This document shows positions 20,701 to 28,684 of a stretch of 64,000 bases of DNA, piece by piece. The DNA is from a virus. Lineage: Duplodnaviria > Caudoviricetes. Positions within the stretch are counted from its first letter, which is position 1. Each line of letters opens with the position of its first letter. Location: positions 224,001-288,000 of the IMG/VR virus record IMGVR_UViG_3300021431_000075. One strand, 5' to 3'. The notes under the pieces are model-generated. The model was not told the DNA's origin and made no database searches. It was given only the letters and a program-made list of their open reading frames with translations. The position numbers and the translations under genes are program-made.

Positions 20701-22066
20701 GGGAAAACTGCGGTTCAACCCTCCGGTTCCATATGATGTTTTCCATTCCGTTGTCAAGAACGCGATGGAGAATATGATTGTATCCCACAACAAGAAACTG
20801 TCTCCAGTGACTACCGGCAAGAGCGTATCCAAAGACGGAACCGTTACAAAGAACGTAGTTCCGCGCGGTCCGCTCCATGACGACACGTTGTACGGTCAAA
20901 GAACCGTGAACTCGATAAGGTATGTCATGGTCTCTGAAGGCAAGGACGGTTTGTCAAACAGCATCATCGACTGTATAGCGAACCAGTCATACAGAGACGC
21001 AGTCAAGCAAAGGCTTGCGGATTACTCTACGTTGAAGAAGGCGTTCGGAAAAGACAACAACGTCATCGACAATCCGATATGGCTGGACAAGATTCACTCT
21101 GCAAAAGTTCCGCCGTTCGTGAAGATAGTCGAGACAGAAAAGATATTCACCATCAGAAAGAAGCTGGATAAAAAGGATATGTTCAAACTGCACACGTTCA
21201 AAATCAACGGCACTGAACTGGTAGAAGGCAAAAGCAAGAAACACATCAGCGACGCGTTCTGTGAGCCATATGCGAGCCATATCAAGTGCTTGATGCTATC
21301 AGGAACATGCAAGACTCTCAAATGCGCCATAGAAAGAAGCGGAGCCGACTTCATCCACTGGATAGACGAAGACACGTTCATATCATTCAAGTCCGTAAGA
21401 GAACTTGTTATTGACAAGGCATGCGCGGATGCAATCATCAGAAGGATTGTAGATAGCAAATGTGACTTGAAAGCAGCATTCGAGAACATAGACAATAATC
21501 CGATATGGATTGATGACAAGCACACGAGATTCGTAAGCAGAGTGACTATGAAAGCATTCATCACAGACAACAGCTCTGTTCAAATACGGAACGGAAAAAC
21601 CAGCGTGAAAACGAACAACAACCATACTGCCGCTTTGTATATGAAACCGAACGGAACTGTAGAGATGGTCGTGGTATCTTTCTTTGATTCTGTCAACAAG
21701 TCCGTGTGCAGGAAGCCTGTCATAGACAAGGAGTTCAACAAGGAACTCGGATGGAAGTTCATCATGTCATTCGTGAAGAACGATATACTCATTCTCAAGA
21801 ATGACGAGACCGGATTCGACCCGAAAAAGATAGACTTGACCGACAGAAGCAACAACTCTTTGATTGCTCCGAATGCATATAGAGTCCAGAAGTTTTCGGA
21901 TGACATGTGCATGCTAAGGCATATCAATGATACTACAACCGAAATCGGTCCTGCTGGAAACTTCAAGTCATTATACGGAAAGAAAAATCTGAGGATTTTA
22001 GCAGATGCGGTGAAAGTCAAGGTCGATAGCATCGGACACATTTGTTTAGAAACTGATTGCATGTAA
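17729..22066 (+). CDS. cas9: Type II-C CRISPR-associated endonuclease Cas9 (Bacteroidota-like)
   Basis: RuvC-I GLDLGT, Arg-rich bridge helix RRKYRSSRTVKKRYKERR, RuvC-II VELAREL, HNH EHIIPQA...N...N, RuvC-III HRNHALDA. 1445 aa with adjacent tracrRNA and array. Confidence 0.97.
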   Translation: MKKIIGLDLGTTTVGWSYLKVPENENETLEVVDSDPRIIPTALNKTEFDAYQQGNAVTINADRRKYRSSRTVKKRYKERRRDLTNLCISCGFIKDKSELTSCESTKFFQTLKVRAAAVTEQVSLQDLARILVQINKKRGYKSSRKLNKADTESTGSVDVAMKIRTSGMTPSQYTYSRMQSGNFAVPSYFKSDLVNELDRIWNFQKRFYPDILTDELWKEMDGKKQRDTISIFKKHGIMQDDCKEASANEKKMNIAKWGVDAISEQIPLSRLATVIAVLKGKIGATSEMLDTLGDHTIILTINNWSIGQYLMDIVKKNSNARISNIRFYRNDYDNEFSMIWNKQAEFYPELTDELKKKFHDIIFFQRPRPSMKYLVNYCELESKEIEVVKNGKKIKVTTGSKVCPKSSPLFQEFRLWQTLNNIQVKDTKTKDSRRLSVDEMNILASELETREKLDKSEILKILDINQNDFDINYKKIPGNKTQTALLNAYLSVIESMGNEPFDVENASGSQLMDYVKNSFEKNGFNASVLHFNSDTNDISKDSMYMLWHLLYSYAGDNSRLGFESLITKVREMLNLNNDDQAKAVVGVMLEEDYGNLSAKAMKKILPFMKKGLEYDKACEQAGYNFSKTSIRKSEYSNQVLLEHLELLRKNSLRNPIAEKIINQMINVVNMLIDKYGKPDGFCVELARELKNSIKRRKEIYEQNQKAEEYNNKIKDIISKPPFNCPYPSEQKNIDRYKLYEELEPNGFRTLYSGTLIKPEELFSNKFNREHIIPQARTTDNSLSNLTLELETSNSDKSSMTAYDYVRSIGKTEEYEQNVKRIFENYSPALLKKRGLPENYGKTKAKNLMTTSEEIPSGFIERDLKLTQFITKKCAEILQQLVGIENVRFTTGQVTSQLREDWGLNDMMKELNMERLEASGNVYEVTYANGNTVKKVNNFTKRNDHRNHALDAIIIACTTQEHIVYMNNKSSKGKKNGQIYKIIKTKMHRDGEGKLRFNPPVPYDVFHSVVKNAMENMIVSHNKKLSPVTTGKSVSKDGTVTKNVVPRGPLHDDTLYGQRTVNSIRYVMVSEGKDGLSNSIIDCIANQSYRDAVKQRLADYSTLKKAFGKDNNVIDNPIWLDKIHSAKVPPFVKIVETEKIFTIRKKLDKKDMFKLHTFKINGTELVEGKSKKHISDAFCEPYASHIKCLMLSGTCKTLKCAIERSGADFIHWIDEDTFISFKSVRELVIDKACADAIIRRIVDSKCDLKAAFENIDNNPIWIDDKHTRFVSRVTMKAFITDNSSVQIRNGKTSVKTNNNHTAALYMKPNGTVEMVVVSFFDSVNKSVCRKPVIDKEFNKELGWKFIMSFVKNDILILKNDETGFDPKKIDLTDRSNNSLIAPNAYRVQKFSDDMCMLRHINDTTTEIGPAGNFKSLYGKKNLRILADAVKVKVDSIGHICLETDCM

Positions 22067-22109
22067 ATATCAAAATACGGAAGATACAAAATCAATTTCT
22101 ACTTTGTGT

Positions 22110-22715
22110 GTTGCGAACCGCTTGCATATATACATTAAACATCAAAGGATGTCATTCAGGCTGTTGCGAACCGCTTGCATACATACACATTAAACACATA
22201 AGTTCACATGGCGAAGAATACAACTTTTGTTGTGAACCGCTTCCATACATACACATTAAACACCAGCCGAGTATGAGAGGATCCTGATTATGTTGTGATT
22301 TGCTTGCATACATACACATTAAACACCCACTAACGTGCTCTCTTGCACTATGCAGTTGTGATTCACATGCATACATACACATTAAACACCGGCATCGTTC
22401 TTCACTTTTATACACGTTGTGTTTCACTTGCATACAGATACATAAAACACCAGCGGAGAAACTTTCCTCATCAAGTTCTACGTTGTGTTTCACTTGCATA
22501 CAGATACATAAAACACCTTAATGCATCTTGGAGCAAAATAAACTCGAGTTGTGTTTCACTTGCATACAGATACATAAAACACCTTCATCCGGGTCTGTAG
22601 TCGTAGCCCAATTGTTGTGTTTCACTTGCATACAGATACATAAAACACCATAGCCTTGTTCCTGAAAATGCGCTGCAAGGTTGTGTTTCGCTTGCATACA
22701 GATACATAAAACACC
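22110..22715 (+). CRISPR. CRISPR array, 10 repeats (36 nt, GTTGTGTTTCACTTGCATACAGATACATAAAACACC) and 9 spacers
   Basis: Repeats start at 22110, 22163, 22229, 22292, 22355, 22416, 22482, 22548, 22614 and 22680. Spacers are ~19, 30, 27, 27, 25, 30, 30, 30, 30 nt. Orientation taken from tracrRNA complementarity. Confidence 0.97.
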
Positions 22716-22741
22716 ACACTTCTTATAACTGTGTGGTGTTT
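22709..22741 (+). terminator. Hairpin overlapping the last repeat (terminator or leader-repeat stem)
   Basis: AAACACCACAC-11 nt-GTGTGGTGTTT perfect 11-bp stem, followed by an AT-rich leader-like tract. Confidence 0.6.
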
Positions 22742-22869
22742 AATATTTTATGAGCAATATTGGATTTATAAAATGATAATATATAAATATCAATTACATA
22801 AAAATTCTATTTTTTAATTTCTATTTATATACAATAAAAAGACAATACGTAAAAACACATACAAGTGCA

Positions 22870-23160
22870 TCACAACACTTGTTTATTATTTTTCCTTATA
22901 TACTCCCGGACATCCTTCCAGAACTCCAGCAAGTCAAGCGTTCCGTTGATAGTCTCGTATGTTTCACTGTCAAGGCACATAAGCGTGTCATCAAAACTGT
23001 CGAGCCTATCCTCGCACCTGCGGATAAACGTGTCAACCTCGGCGGCTGTGTACTGCTTGGCATGGTCCCTGATGCACAGTGCATAGTCTGCCTTGACAAG
23101 CAGGAGAACCAGCAACCCGACAAAAGCCAGCACGAGAAAGAGGATTACGAAGAAGCCCAT
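22870..23160 (-). CDS. Small membrane-anchored hypothetical protein
   Basis: Hydrophobic N-terminus, 96 aa. Confidence 0.6.
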   Translation of the reverse strand: MGFFVILFLVLAFVGLLVLLLVKADYALCIRDHAKQYTAAEVDTFIRRCEDRLDSFDDTLMCLDSETYETINGTLDLLEFWKDVREYIRKNNKQVL

Positions 23161-23232
23161 AGCACAGATTGACGTTTATAAGTTACAATTATTATACAAC
23201 AAAAGTTCCGGATAGTTTAAAATAAGTCCAAG

Positions 23233-23306
23233 TGATCCGGACAGGATTCGAACCTGCGACCCGCAGTTTAGGAAACTGCCGCTCTATCCTGCTGAGCTAC
23301 CGGACC
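23233..23306 (-). tRNA. tRNA-Arg (CCT), no encoded CCA
   Basis: GGTCCGG/CCGGATC acceptor stem, TAGCTCAG D-arm, GCAGT-TTCCTAA-ACTGC anticodon arm, GGTTCGAATCC T-arm. Confidence 0.95.
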
Positions 23307-23405
23307 GTATCATCTTGCATCATCGGAATTTCCGGACATCGGATTCTCGCATTTCGATTTTCATCTGTCGCAACAATTGAAGGTCGTCGACAGACCCCGG
23401 TTTCC

Positions 23406-23459
23406 GATATTCAATTATCCCCGATATTCAAATATCCGAAGCAGCGATACTCAAATATC
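23406..23459. repeat. Cluster of GATA-N6-TATC palindromes (locus 1)
   Basis: Copies at 23406, 23423 and 23446. Confidence 0.7.
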
Positions 23460-23500
23460 CGGATACTGATTCTGAAGAATTAAACATAAACAAAAACATC

Positions 23501-23881
23501 TTAGTCAATGTTTACAAACAGACCATATTTGTTGGCGAATTTTTCAATCATCTCGTCTAATATCTTTCCAAATACATGATAATGAAAATGATTCGCATCA
23601 GTACTTGGCTTTGGCTTATTATCATAACTTTCATACAACAATCCACGAATCTCTTGTATTTCGCCAGCCTCTTTAACAAAATCTTCAAATATAAAGTCTT
23701 TATCGCTGAATGCATCTTTAAGGAAATAAGCAATTCCTTCAACAACTGGCAGACAGTGTATTTCTGAATACCAATACTTTGTATTATCGCTTTGCTTTTG
23801 GTTATACTCTATATCAAACAGAGTATAACCTCTGCTCTTGTTTTCTTCTCCTTTCGGAATGTAATATATCTGATATGTCAT
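23501..23881 (-). CDS. Hypothetical protein (AT-rich)
   Basis: ORF 23501..24010. Plausible ATG (MTYQIYY) at 23881 after an A-rich initiation region. Confidence 0.6.
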   Translation of the reverse strand: MTYQIYYIPKGEENKSRGYTLFDIEYNQKQSDNTKYWYSEIHCLPVVEGIAYFLKDAFSDKDFIFEDFVKEAGEIQEIRGLLYESYDNKPKPSTDANHFHYHVFGKILDEMIEKFANKYGLFVNID

Positions 23882-23963
23882 ATCTTTAATTTTTTTATGT
23901 TTGTGTTTCTTATTATTTCTTTTGTTCTTGCTGAATACAGTCTGACAATGAAACCTGCAATCT

Positions 23964-24356
23964 TTAAGTATCCGAAATCCGATTTCCATAAATCTTTCGG
24001 ATTTCATCACGGAGCCTTCGACACACTGTTACATTCCTGATCGTCTCGACGTTTTCCTTTCCATCAAACATGACTACTCCCGTGTATGAAGGGTAGTCGT
24101 CTCTCTTGCTGCGGTCGTTCATGTAGTGCATCGCCCTCAGGTTCTCAACCCGGTCATCGCCACCAAGCTTTTCCGGATACACGAGACCGGGAACCCAGCC
24201 GAACGGATTCGTCTTGCCGTACTTGTCCCGCATAATCAGCGCGCCGACCGGATCCAGCCTGAACATATCCGGACTCAAGCCCGCGGCTTCGCGAGCCTTG
24301 CTCCAGACCGCATCCACAGTCTCATCGGAATATCTCATATTGCTGCCGTCCATCAT
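23964..24356 (-). CDS. HNH endonuclease-like protein, degenerate active site
   Basis: VWSKA...RDKYG...GWVPGLVYP..LGGDD..ENLRAMHYMN matches the small Bacteroidota HNH layout. The usual DH is replaced by GL. Confidence 0.6.
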   Translation of the reverse strand: MMDGSNMRYSDETVDAVWSKAREAAGLSPDMFRLDPVGALIMRDKYGKTNPFGWVPGLVYPEKLGGDDRVENLRAMHYMNDRSKRDDYPSYTGVVMFDGKENVETIRNVTVCRRLRDEIRKIYGNRISDT

Positions 24357-24364
24357 GCGTTTTC

Positions 24365-24850
24365 TTATTCAAGTCCGAGAGCCTCGCGCCTAATTTTCTC
24401 GTATATGTAGTCATAAGCCCTGATTCTATCGGCTTCCATGATTTCGTCAAGCGTCATCCAAGCGTACTTCTCTATTTCCGGATACGTGAAGCCGTCTTCC
24501 CACTTGAAGGTGTTCGACCTGCAACTGTCCGGGTCTATGTCGTCATCCACCAGCTCTATCGAGAACACGTGGACCCTCTTGTTGTTCCGCTGCCTGACCC
24601 CGCCGTGCCACTCGTAGTCGTTCCTGTTGATGCTCGGACATCTTATGCCGGTCTCTTCCTCGAACTCCCTGCACGCTGCCCCGAACTCGGACTCGCCGTC
24701 CTCGACATGCCCCTTGGGGAAGCACCACAGTTCTCTGTCGCGGTACAGAGGTCCGCCCGGAGAGCACAGGAAGAACTGCACGTCCCCGTCCTTTCTTTTC
24801 CATACTATGATTCCAGCAGATGTTTCCATTTCGTCATCTATAAACTGCAT
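24365..24850 (-). CDS. NUDIX hydrolase
   Basis: Nudix box PKGHVEDGESEFGAACREFEEETG. Confidence 0.92.
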   Translation of the reverse strand: MQFIDDEMETSAGIIVWKRKDGDVQFFLCSPGGPLYRDRELWCFPKGHVEDGESEFGAACREFEEETGIRCPSINRNDYEWHGGVRQRNNKRVHVFSIELVDDDIDPDSCRSNTFKWEDGFTYPEIEKYAWMTLDEIMEADRIRAYDYIYEKIRREALGLE

Positions 24851-24990
24851 TTTTCAATCGCCCGGCATTGCTTCCGGACTGCAAATTTACAGATTTATTT
24901 CGTTCCGTGCAAGCATTCCGCCACATATTTTCATTTTCGGCGCCGAATGGACCGTAAGATAAATACATCAAACCATTGTTGCTCTTATAG

Positions 24991-25917
24991 ATGGTCAAAG
25001 ACAATGAAAAGATATGGAAGGACGAGCGGTACAATCCGTCAAGGGATGAAATCATCAGCATGGCCCGCGCAGCCATCACGGTCCTGTACAACAAGAACAG
25101 GAAGATTGTGACCGCATTCGACAAGATAATCGACAGCGGTGACTTCGACTCCGACGACGACTACCGGAAGCTGTTTTCCGGAATCTATACCGGAATCCAG
25201 TACTACAGGGATAAGAGTCCGCTGACCGAAATCATAGACAAGAGCGGCTTCGACCGCAAGGTCCTGTTCAGGAAGGAGATTCCGCACAAGAGCAGGAGGG
25301 CCGACGAGGAAATCATATGGAAGGTCGGATACTACATCGTGCAGATAGCGATGGCCAACCGCTCGACAAGGAGGCTGCGCCTGTTCTTCAACCTGTACGC
25401 CTCATCGAACGCGGTGGCGAAGCCGAAGAACTGGTCCCTTGCAGACGCGGAGAAGAAGTTCATAGAGCTGTTCAAGAAAGGAATCGGAAAGGTGGCTGAC
25501 AAGATAAACGGAACCGTGGAAGACAAGGCGGAATCGAGAGTCACCCTGCGCGACATCGCCGTTGACATCAATGTTCCGCAGCACTCCTACGAGACATACC
25601 TGCGCCTGTCGGACAACAATCCGGGAAACGTGAAAGAGCTGGCGAAGGTGTTCAGCGTGAACGGATACGACGATGACGATCTGGACAAGAAGAACAACAT
25701 CGTGCTCACCAAGGACTGCTCATACGCAATATCCCTCGTGACGAACGGAAACGACGCGTACATGTTCCTGTCAGGAAAGACCGGGCACTACTGGAAGGCG
25801 CTTCTTCTCGGCGGAAAGATTCCGTTCATCATGTACAACTTCACGAGAACGTTCAACGACAACCTGCAGGCACTGCTCAGGTTCCATGAGAACATATTCC
25901 CGATCAGACTAAAATAA
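24991..25917 (+). CDS. Hypothetical protein (late-type promoter)
   Basis: 308-aa ORF with ATAAATA at 24959-24965. Confidence 0.7.
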   Translation: MVKDNEKIWKDERYNPSRDEIISMARAAITVLYNKNRKIVTAFDKIIDSGDFDSDDDYRKLFSGIYTGIQYYRDKSPLTEIIDKSGFDRKVLFRKEIPHKSRRADEEIIWKVGYYIVQIAMANRSTRRLRLFFNLYASSNAVAKPKNWSLADAEKKFIELFKKGIGKVADKINGTVEDKAESRVTLRDIAVDINVPQHSYETYLRLSDNNPGNVKELAKVFSVNGYDDDDLDKKNNIVLTKDCSYAISLVTNGNDAYMFLSGKTGHYWKALLLGGKIPFIMYNFTRTFNDNLQALLRFHENIFPIRLK

Positions 25918-25932
25918 TCAACAGGAACTGAA

Positions 25933-27969
25933 ATGTACGTCAACATACTCACAAGGCTCGACGAGTCTTACGAAATCAACAGAAACCAGGAGCTCGAGAA
26001 GATGTTCTCGAAGCTTGACATGTACGGAAGGAACAGGAGGCTCGTAGCCGAGGGATACTCCGGCGGCATAGCGAGGGACATAGTGTTCGGAAGCGCGGAA
26101 AGGACCGCGGCAACCAATGCGATATCCTGCTTGGAGTACCAGCTCCTTGAGACATACATGACCAACGAGGACCTGAAGTCCTTCTTGGACAAGACAAAGA
26201 ACGCGGCGAGAAAGACCGCAAGCAATGTCATCGACCTGACCAAGAAGGGCATCGAAAAGGCGGGCAGCGCGATGAAGTCCATAGCGGACCTGCTCAAGAC
26301 GCTTCCGCAGAGGATAAGGACCGCGGTCGAGTTCATAGAGAAGGTGCTGAAGTCCGGAATCAGCAAGGCTTCCGACTTCGTCAGGTTCATGGCAGGACTC
26401 TTCGCAAGGCTCGGTGACTCCCTTAAGGAAGCGGTCCTGTCGTTCGGGGTGTTCAACAGCGAGAAGGTGGTGAACGGCGCGCCTGACATGCTCCGCGGAA
26501 AGCTGTCCAAGCTCCATGAGACGGACAAGGTATCCGACGCCACGTTCAACTATGTTCTCGAATACGTGCTCGCAAGGTGCAAGGACGGATCATACAAGAA
26601 GCTGAACGAGGAAGCGGAAGGCGAGTATGAGGACAGCACGCAGAAGCTGGACAACTGGTTCCTCAGCCACAAGGATGAATGGACAGAGAAGTCGAAGAGC
26701 AACTTCCTCTTCCGCACCTTCATATCAGGAACGAACGCCAAGGGAGAGAGGCTCGGATTCTTCCGCGTTCTGCTGTACTCCATCATAGGCTCGTTCATCG
26801 TGTGCACGCTCGTTCCGCTCATCGCGTCATCCGTGTTCGGTCTCGCAGGCACAGGCCTTGTAATCCTTGTCATCGCCTGCAAGGCTCTCTGGATGGTGAA
26901 GAACGTGATGAGAATCATCGTGAACAGGACCCTCACGTACAAGCAGTCGTTCAAGTACAAGAACGGAGTGGTGAAGCACTCGCACCTGTTCGACCTGAGG
27001 ACCATACTCTGCCTTGTCATCGCCGTCCTGACGCCGACGCTGTTCTACATCTACGCGGACCAGATCAACGACTGGTTCCACAGCCTGTTCCATACGGACA
27101 AGGAAATCCCTGCGGAGATAGCGCAGCATGACGACCCGGAAGAGATAGAGAAGGTCATAGACGAGGTTGTCGTGAACCCGGCTCCCGAGATTCCGAAGCC
27201 GTCTGTTCCGGTCGTTCCGGACGGACCGAAGGTGTCTGATGTCGATACGGAGGACATGATGCTTGCTATAGCGGAGACGGAGCCGGTTGAAATAGATCCG
27301 CTTGAGCCGACCACCATCGCTCCGCCGGAAGGAGATGTCCTTGTTGCGAAGCTTCCGGACTTGGAACCTAAACTGGAAATGCCCGAGACTGTGAACGCGG
27401 ACGAGGTCAAGGAAGTGGTCGATACGATGCAGAACCAGATTACGGACTCGAACGTGCAGGGAAGCATCAACCAGTACGCAATCACCAATACGGGCAGCGG
27501 GGACGTGACCATCAACAACAACGAGGTCGTGAACGTCTACAACGGAACGATGGCAAGAACCGGCGGCACCGCGACAGGAGTCGTGGTGATGCACGACTAC
27601 GGAAGACCTGTCCAGTTCGTGAACCACGTACACAGCTGCGGAGGCAGGGTCATCTATGCGTCTGGACACACCTACGGAGTCAGGATTCCGCCGCACGGAG
27701 GACACTATCCGAGGTTCGGTGCGACAGGCAATCCGCATCCTATCGTGCACACTCCCGGTCACGCGCATGGACCGCACGCAGGCGGACACATGGAGTACGA
27801 CCTCAACTACAAGGGACACGGACACCACGGGTTCGGAAGCGGTCCGAATCCGCACGGTGGCGGCGGACCGAAGCCTGGGTTCGGAGTCAATTCGAGAGTT
27901 GTGAGCGGAAGCAGACCGTCAGGCGGTGGCGGAAGCAGACCGATGTTCGGCTCAAGAGGAAGAAGATAA
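25933..27969 (+). CDS. Membrane protein with helical N-region, 3 predicted TM segments, Pro/acidic linker and Gly/His-rich tail
   Basis: 678 aa. Hydrophobic stretches in the middle and a HGPHAGGH/GHGHHGFG tail. Confidence 0.7.
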   Translation: MYVNILTRLDESYEINRNQELEKMFSKLDMYGRNRRLVAEGYSGGIARDIVFGSAERTAATNAISCLEYQLLETYMTNEDLKSFLDKTKNAARKTASNVIDLTKKGIEKAGSAMKSIADLLKTLPQRIRTAVEFIEKVLKSGISKASDFVRFMAGLFARLGDSLKEAVLSFGVFNSEKVVNGAPDMLRGKLSKLHETDKVSDATFNYVLEYVLARCKDGSYKKLNEEAEGEYEDSTQKLDNWFLSHKDEWTEKSKSNFLFRTFISGTNAKGERLGFFRVLLYSIIGSFIVCTLVPLIASSVFGLAGTGLVILVIACKALWMVKNVMRIIVNRTLTYKQSFKYKNGVVKHSHLFDLRTILCLVIAVLTPTLFYIYADQINDWFHSLFHTDKEIPAEIAQHDDPEEIEKVIDEVVVNPAPEIPKPSVPVVPDGPKVSDVDTEDMMLAIAETEPVEIDPLEPTTIAPPEGDVLVAKLPDLEPKLEMPETVNADEVKEVVDTMQNQITDSNVQGSINQYAITNTGSGDVTINNNEVVNVYNGTMARTGGTATGVVVMHDYGRPVQFVNHVHSCGGRVIYASGHTYGVRIPPHGGHYPRFGATGNPHPIVHTPGHAHGPHAGGHMEYDLNYKGHGHHGFGSGPNPHGGGGPKPGFGVNSRVVSGSRPSGGGGSRPMFGSRGRR

Positions 27970-27993
27970 AGAACGTATCCATTACAAACAAAC

Positions 27994-28029
27994 GAAGCAG
28001 GGTTGATATCGCATCAGTCCTGCTTCTTC
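27994..28029 (+). terminator. Intrinsic terminator
   Basis: GAAGCAGG...CCTGCTTCTT between convergent genes. Confidence 0.65.
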
Positions 28030-28116
28030 TGTTTCAGCATCTGGAAAAAAATATAATAAAAAACCAGATACTGATGAAAAAAAAACATACAAAATTCAAA
28101 ATATTCTGCCACTTTA

Positions 28117-28329
28117 CTATCCAGTTTGTTTATCCTTTTCCTTTTTCCACCGAGCAATAAGTTCGTCAGCCGTAGGATGACTCTTTAATGGTGGAAAATA
28201 ATACTTGCAACCGCGTTTGCATACAGTATCATCTTCATCAAAATAATTTGCGCAACCGGTACACCAATATCCACGATTTAATTTAAACTCAGGATCAATT
28301 TTACCAGTATCAACATTAATAGACGCCAT
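28117..28329 (-). CDS. Small Cys-rich hypothetical protein
   Basis: CTGC...CKRGC. Start chosen at MASINV to avoid overlap. Confidence 0.5.
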   Translation of the reverse strand: MASINVDTGKIDPEFKLNRGYWCTGCANYFDEDDTVCKRGCKYYFPPLKSHPTADELIARWKKEKDKQTG

Positions 28330-28340
28330 ATCTTTTCCGT

Positions 28341-28673
28341 TTATTCTATAATGTCGTAATGTTTTTCGATTTGCTCGAATGACAATACGCTGCCGTTCGA
28401 GCATTCGAACTCATCACCATGGCAATCGTCAGAAATAATCCTCAGAATCACATCCGGGTTTGTCTTTGATCTGATTATGGTTCCAATAGCAATTCGATGG
28501 TTGTCTGACGTGTGGTTGCATATGCACTCAGGTTCTTTGTCCAAAGAGTCGATATAGTTCAGCAGTTCCCTATAAGCATCACTTCTTGCAAAGAAATACA
28601 TATTGTCTTTTTCTTTGTCAGCCAATGCTTTCCGCCTTTTTATCTCGGCTTTGATTTTTTCTACATTGTCCAT
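28341..28673 (-). CDS. Hypothetical protein
   Basis: 110 aa with a MDNVEKIKAEIKRR N-terminus typical of small Bacteroidota-phage proteins. Confidence 0.6.
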   Translation of the reverse strand: MDNVEKIKAEIKRRKALADKEKDNMYFFARSDAYRELLNYIDSLDKEPECICNHTSDNHRIAIGTIIRSKTNPDVILRIISDDCHGDEFECSNGSVLSFEQIEKHYDIIE

Positions 28674-28684
28674 GCAATTATGGT

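Noticed and set aside
22094-22103. AATTTCTACT resembling a Cas12a repeat
   Set aside because: Single copy that lacks the GTAGAT arm, and there is no cas12a. Probably chance.
22057-22600. ORFs across the CRISPR array
   Set aside because: Their repetitive translations are artefacts of the repeats.
22144-22679. Self-targeting spacers
   Set aside because: No protospacer noticed by eye in this window. This cannot be excluded without a computational search.
22822-22828. ATAAATA late-type promoter pointing antisense into the array
   Set aside because: It lies in a very AT-rich tract where the 7-mer is expected by chance, and tracrRNA pairing indicates plus-strand crRNAs.
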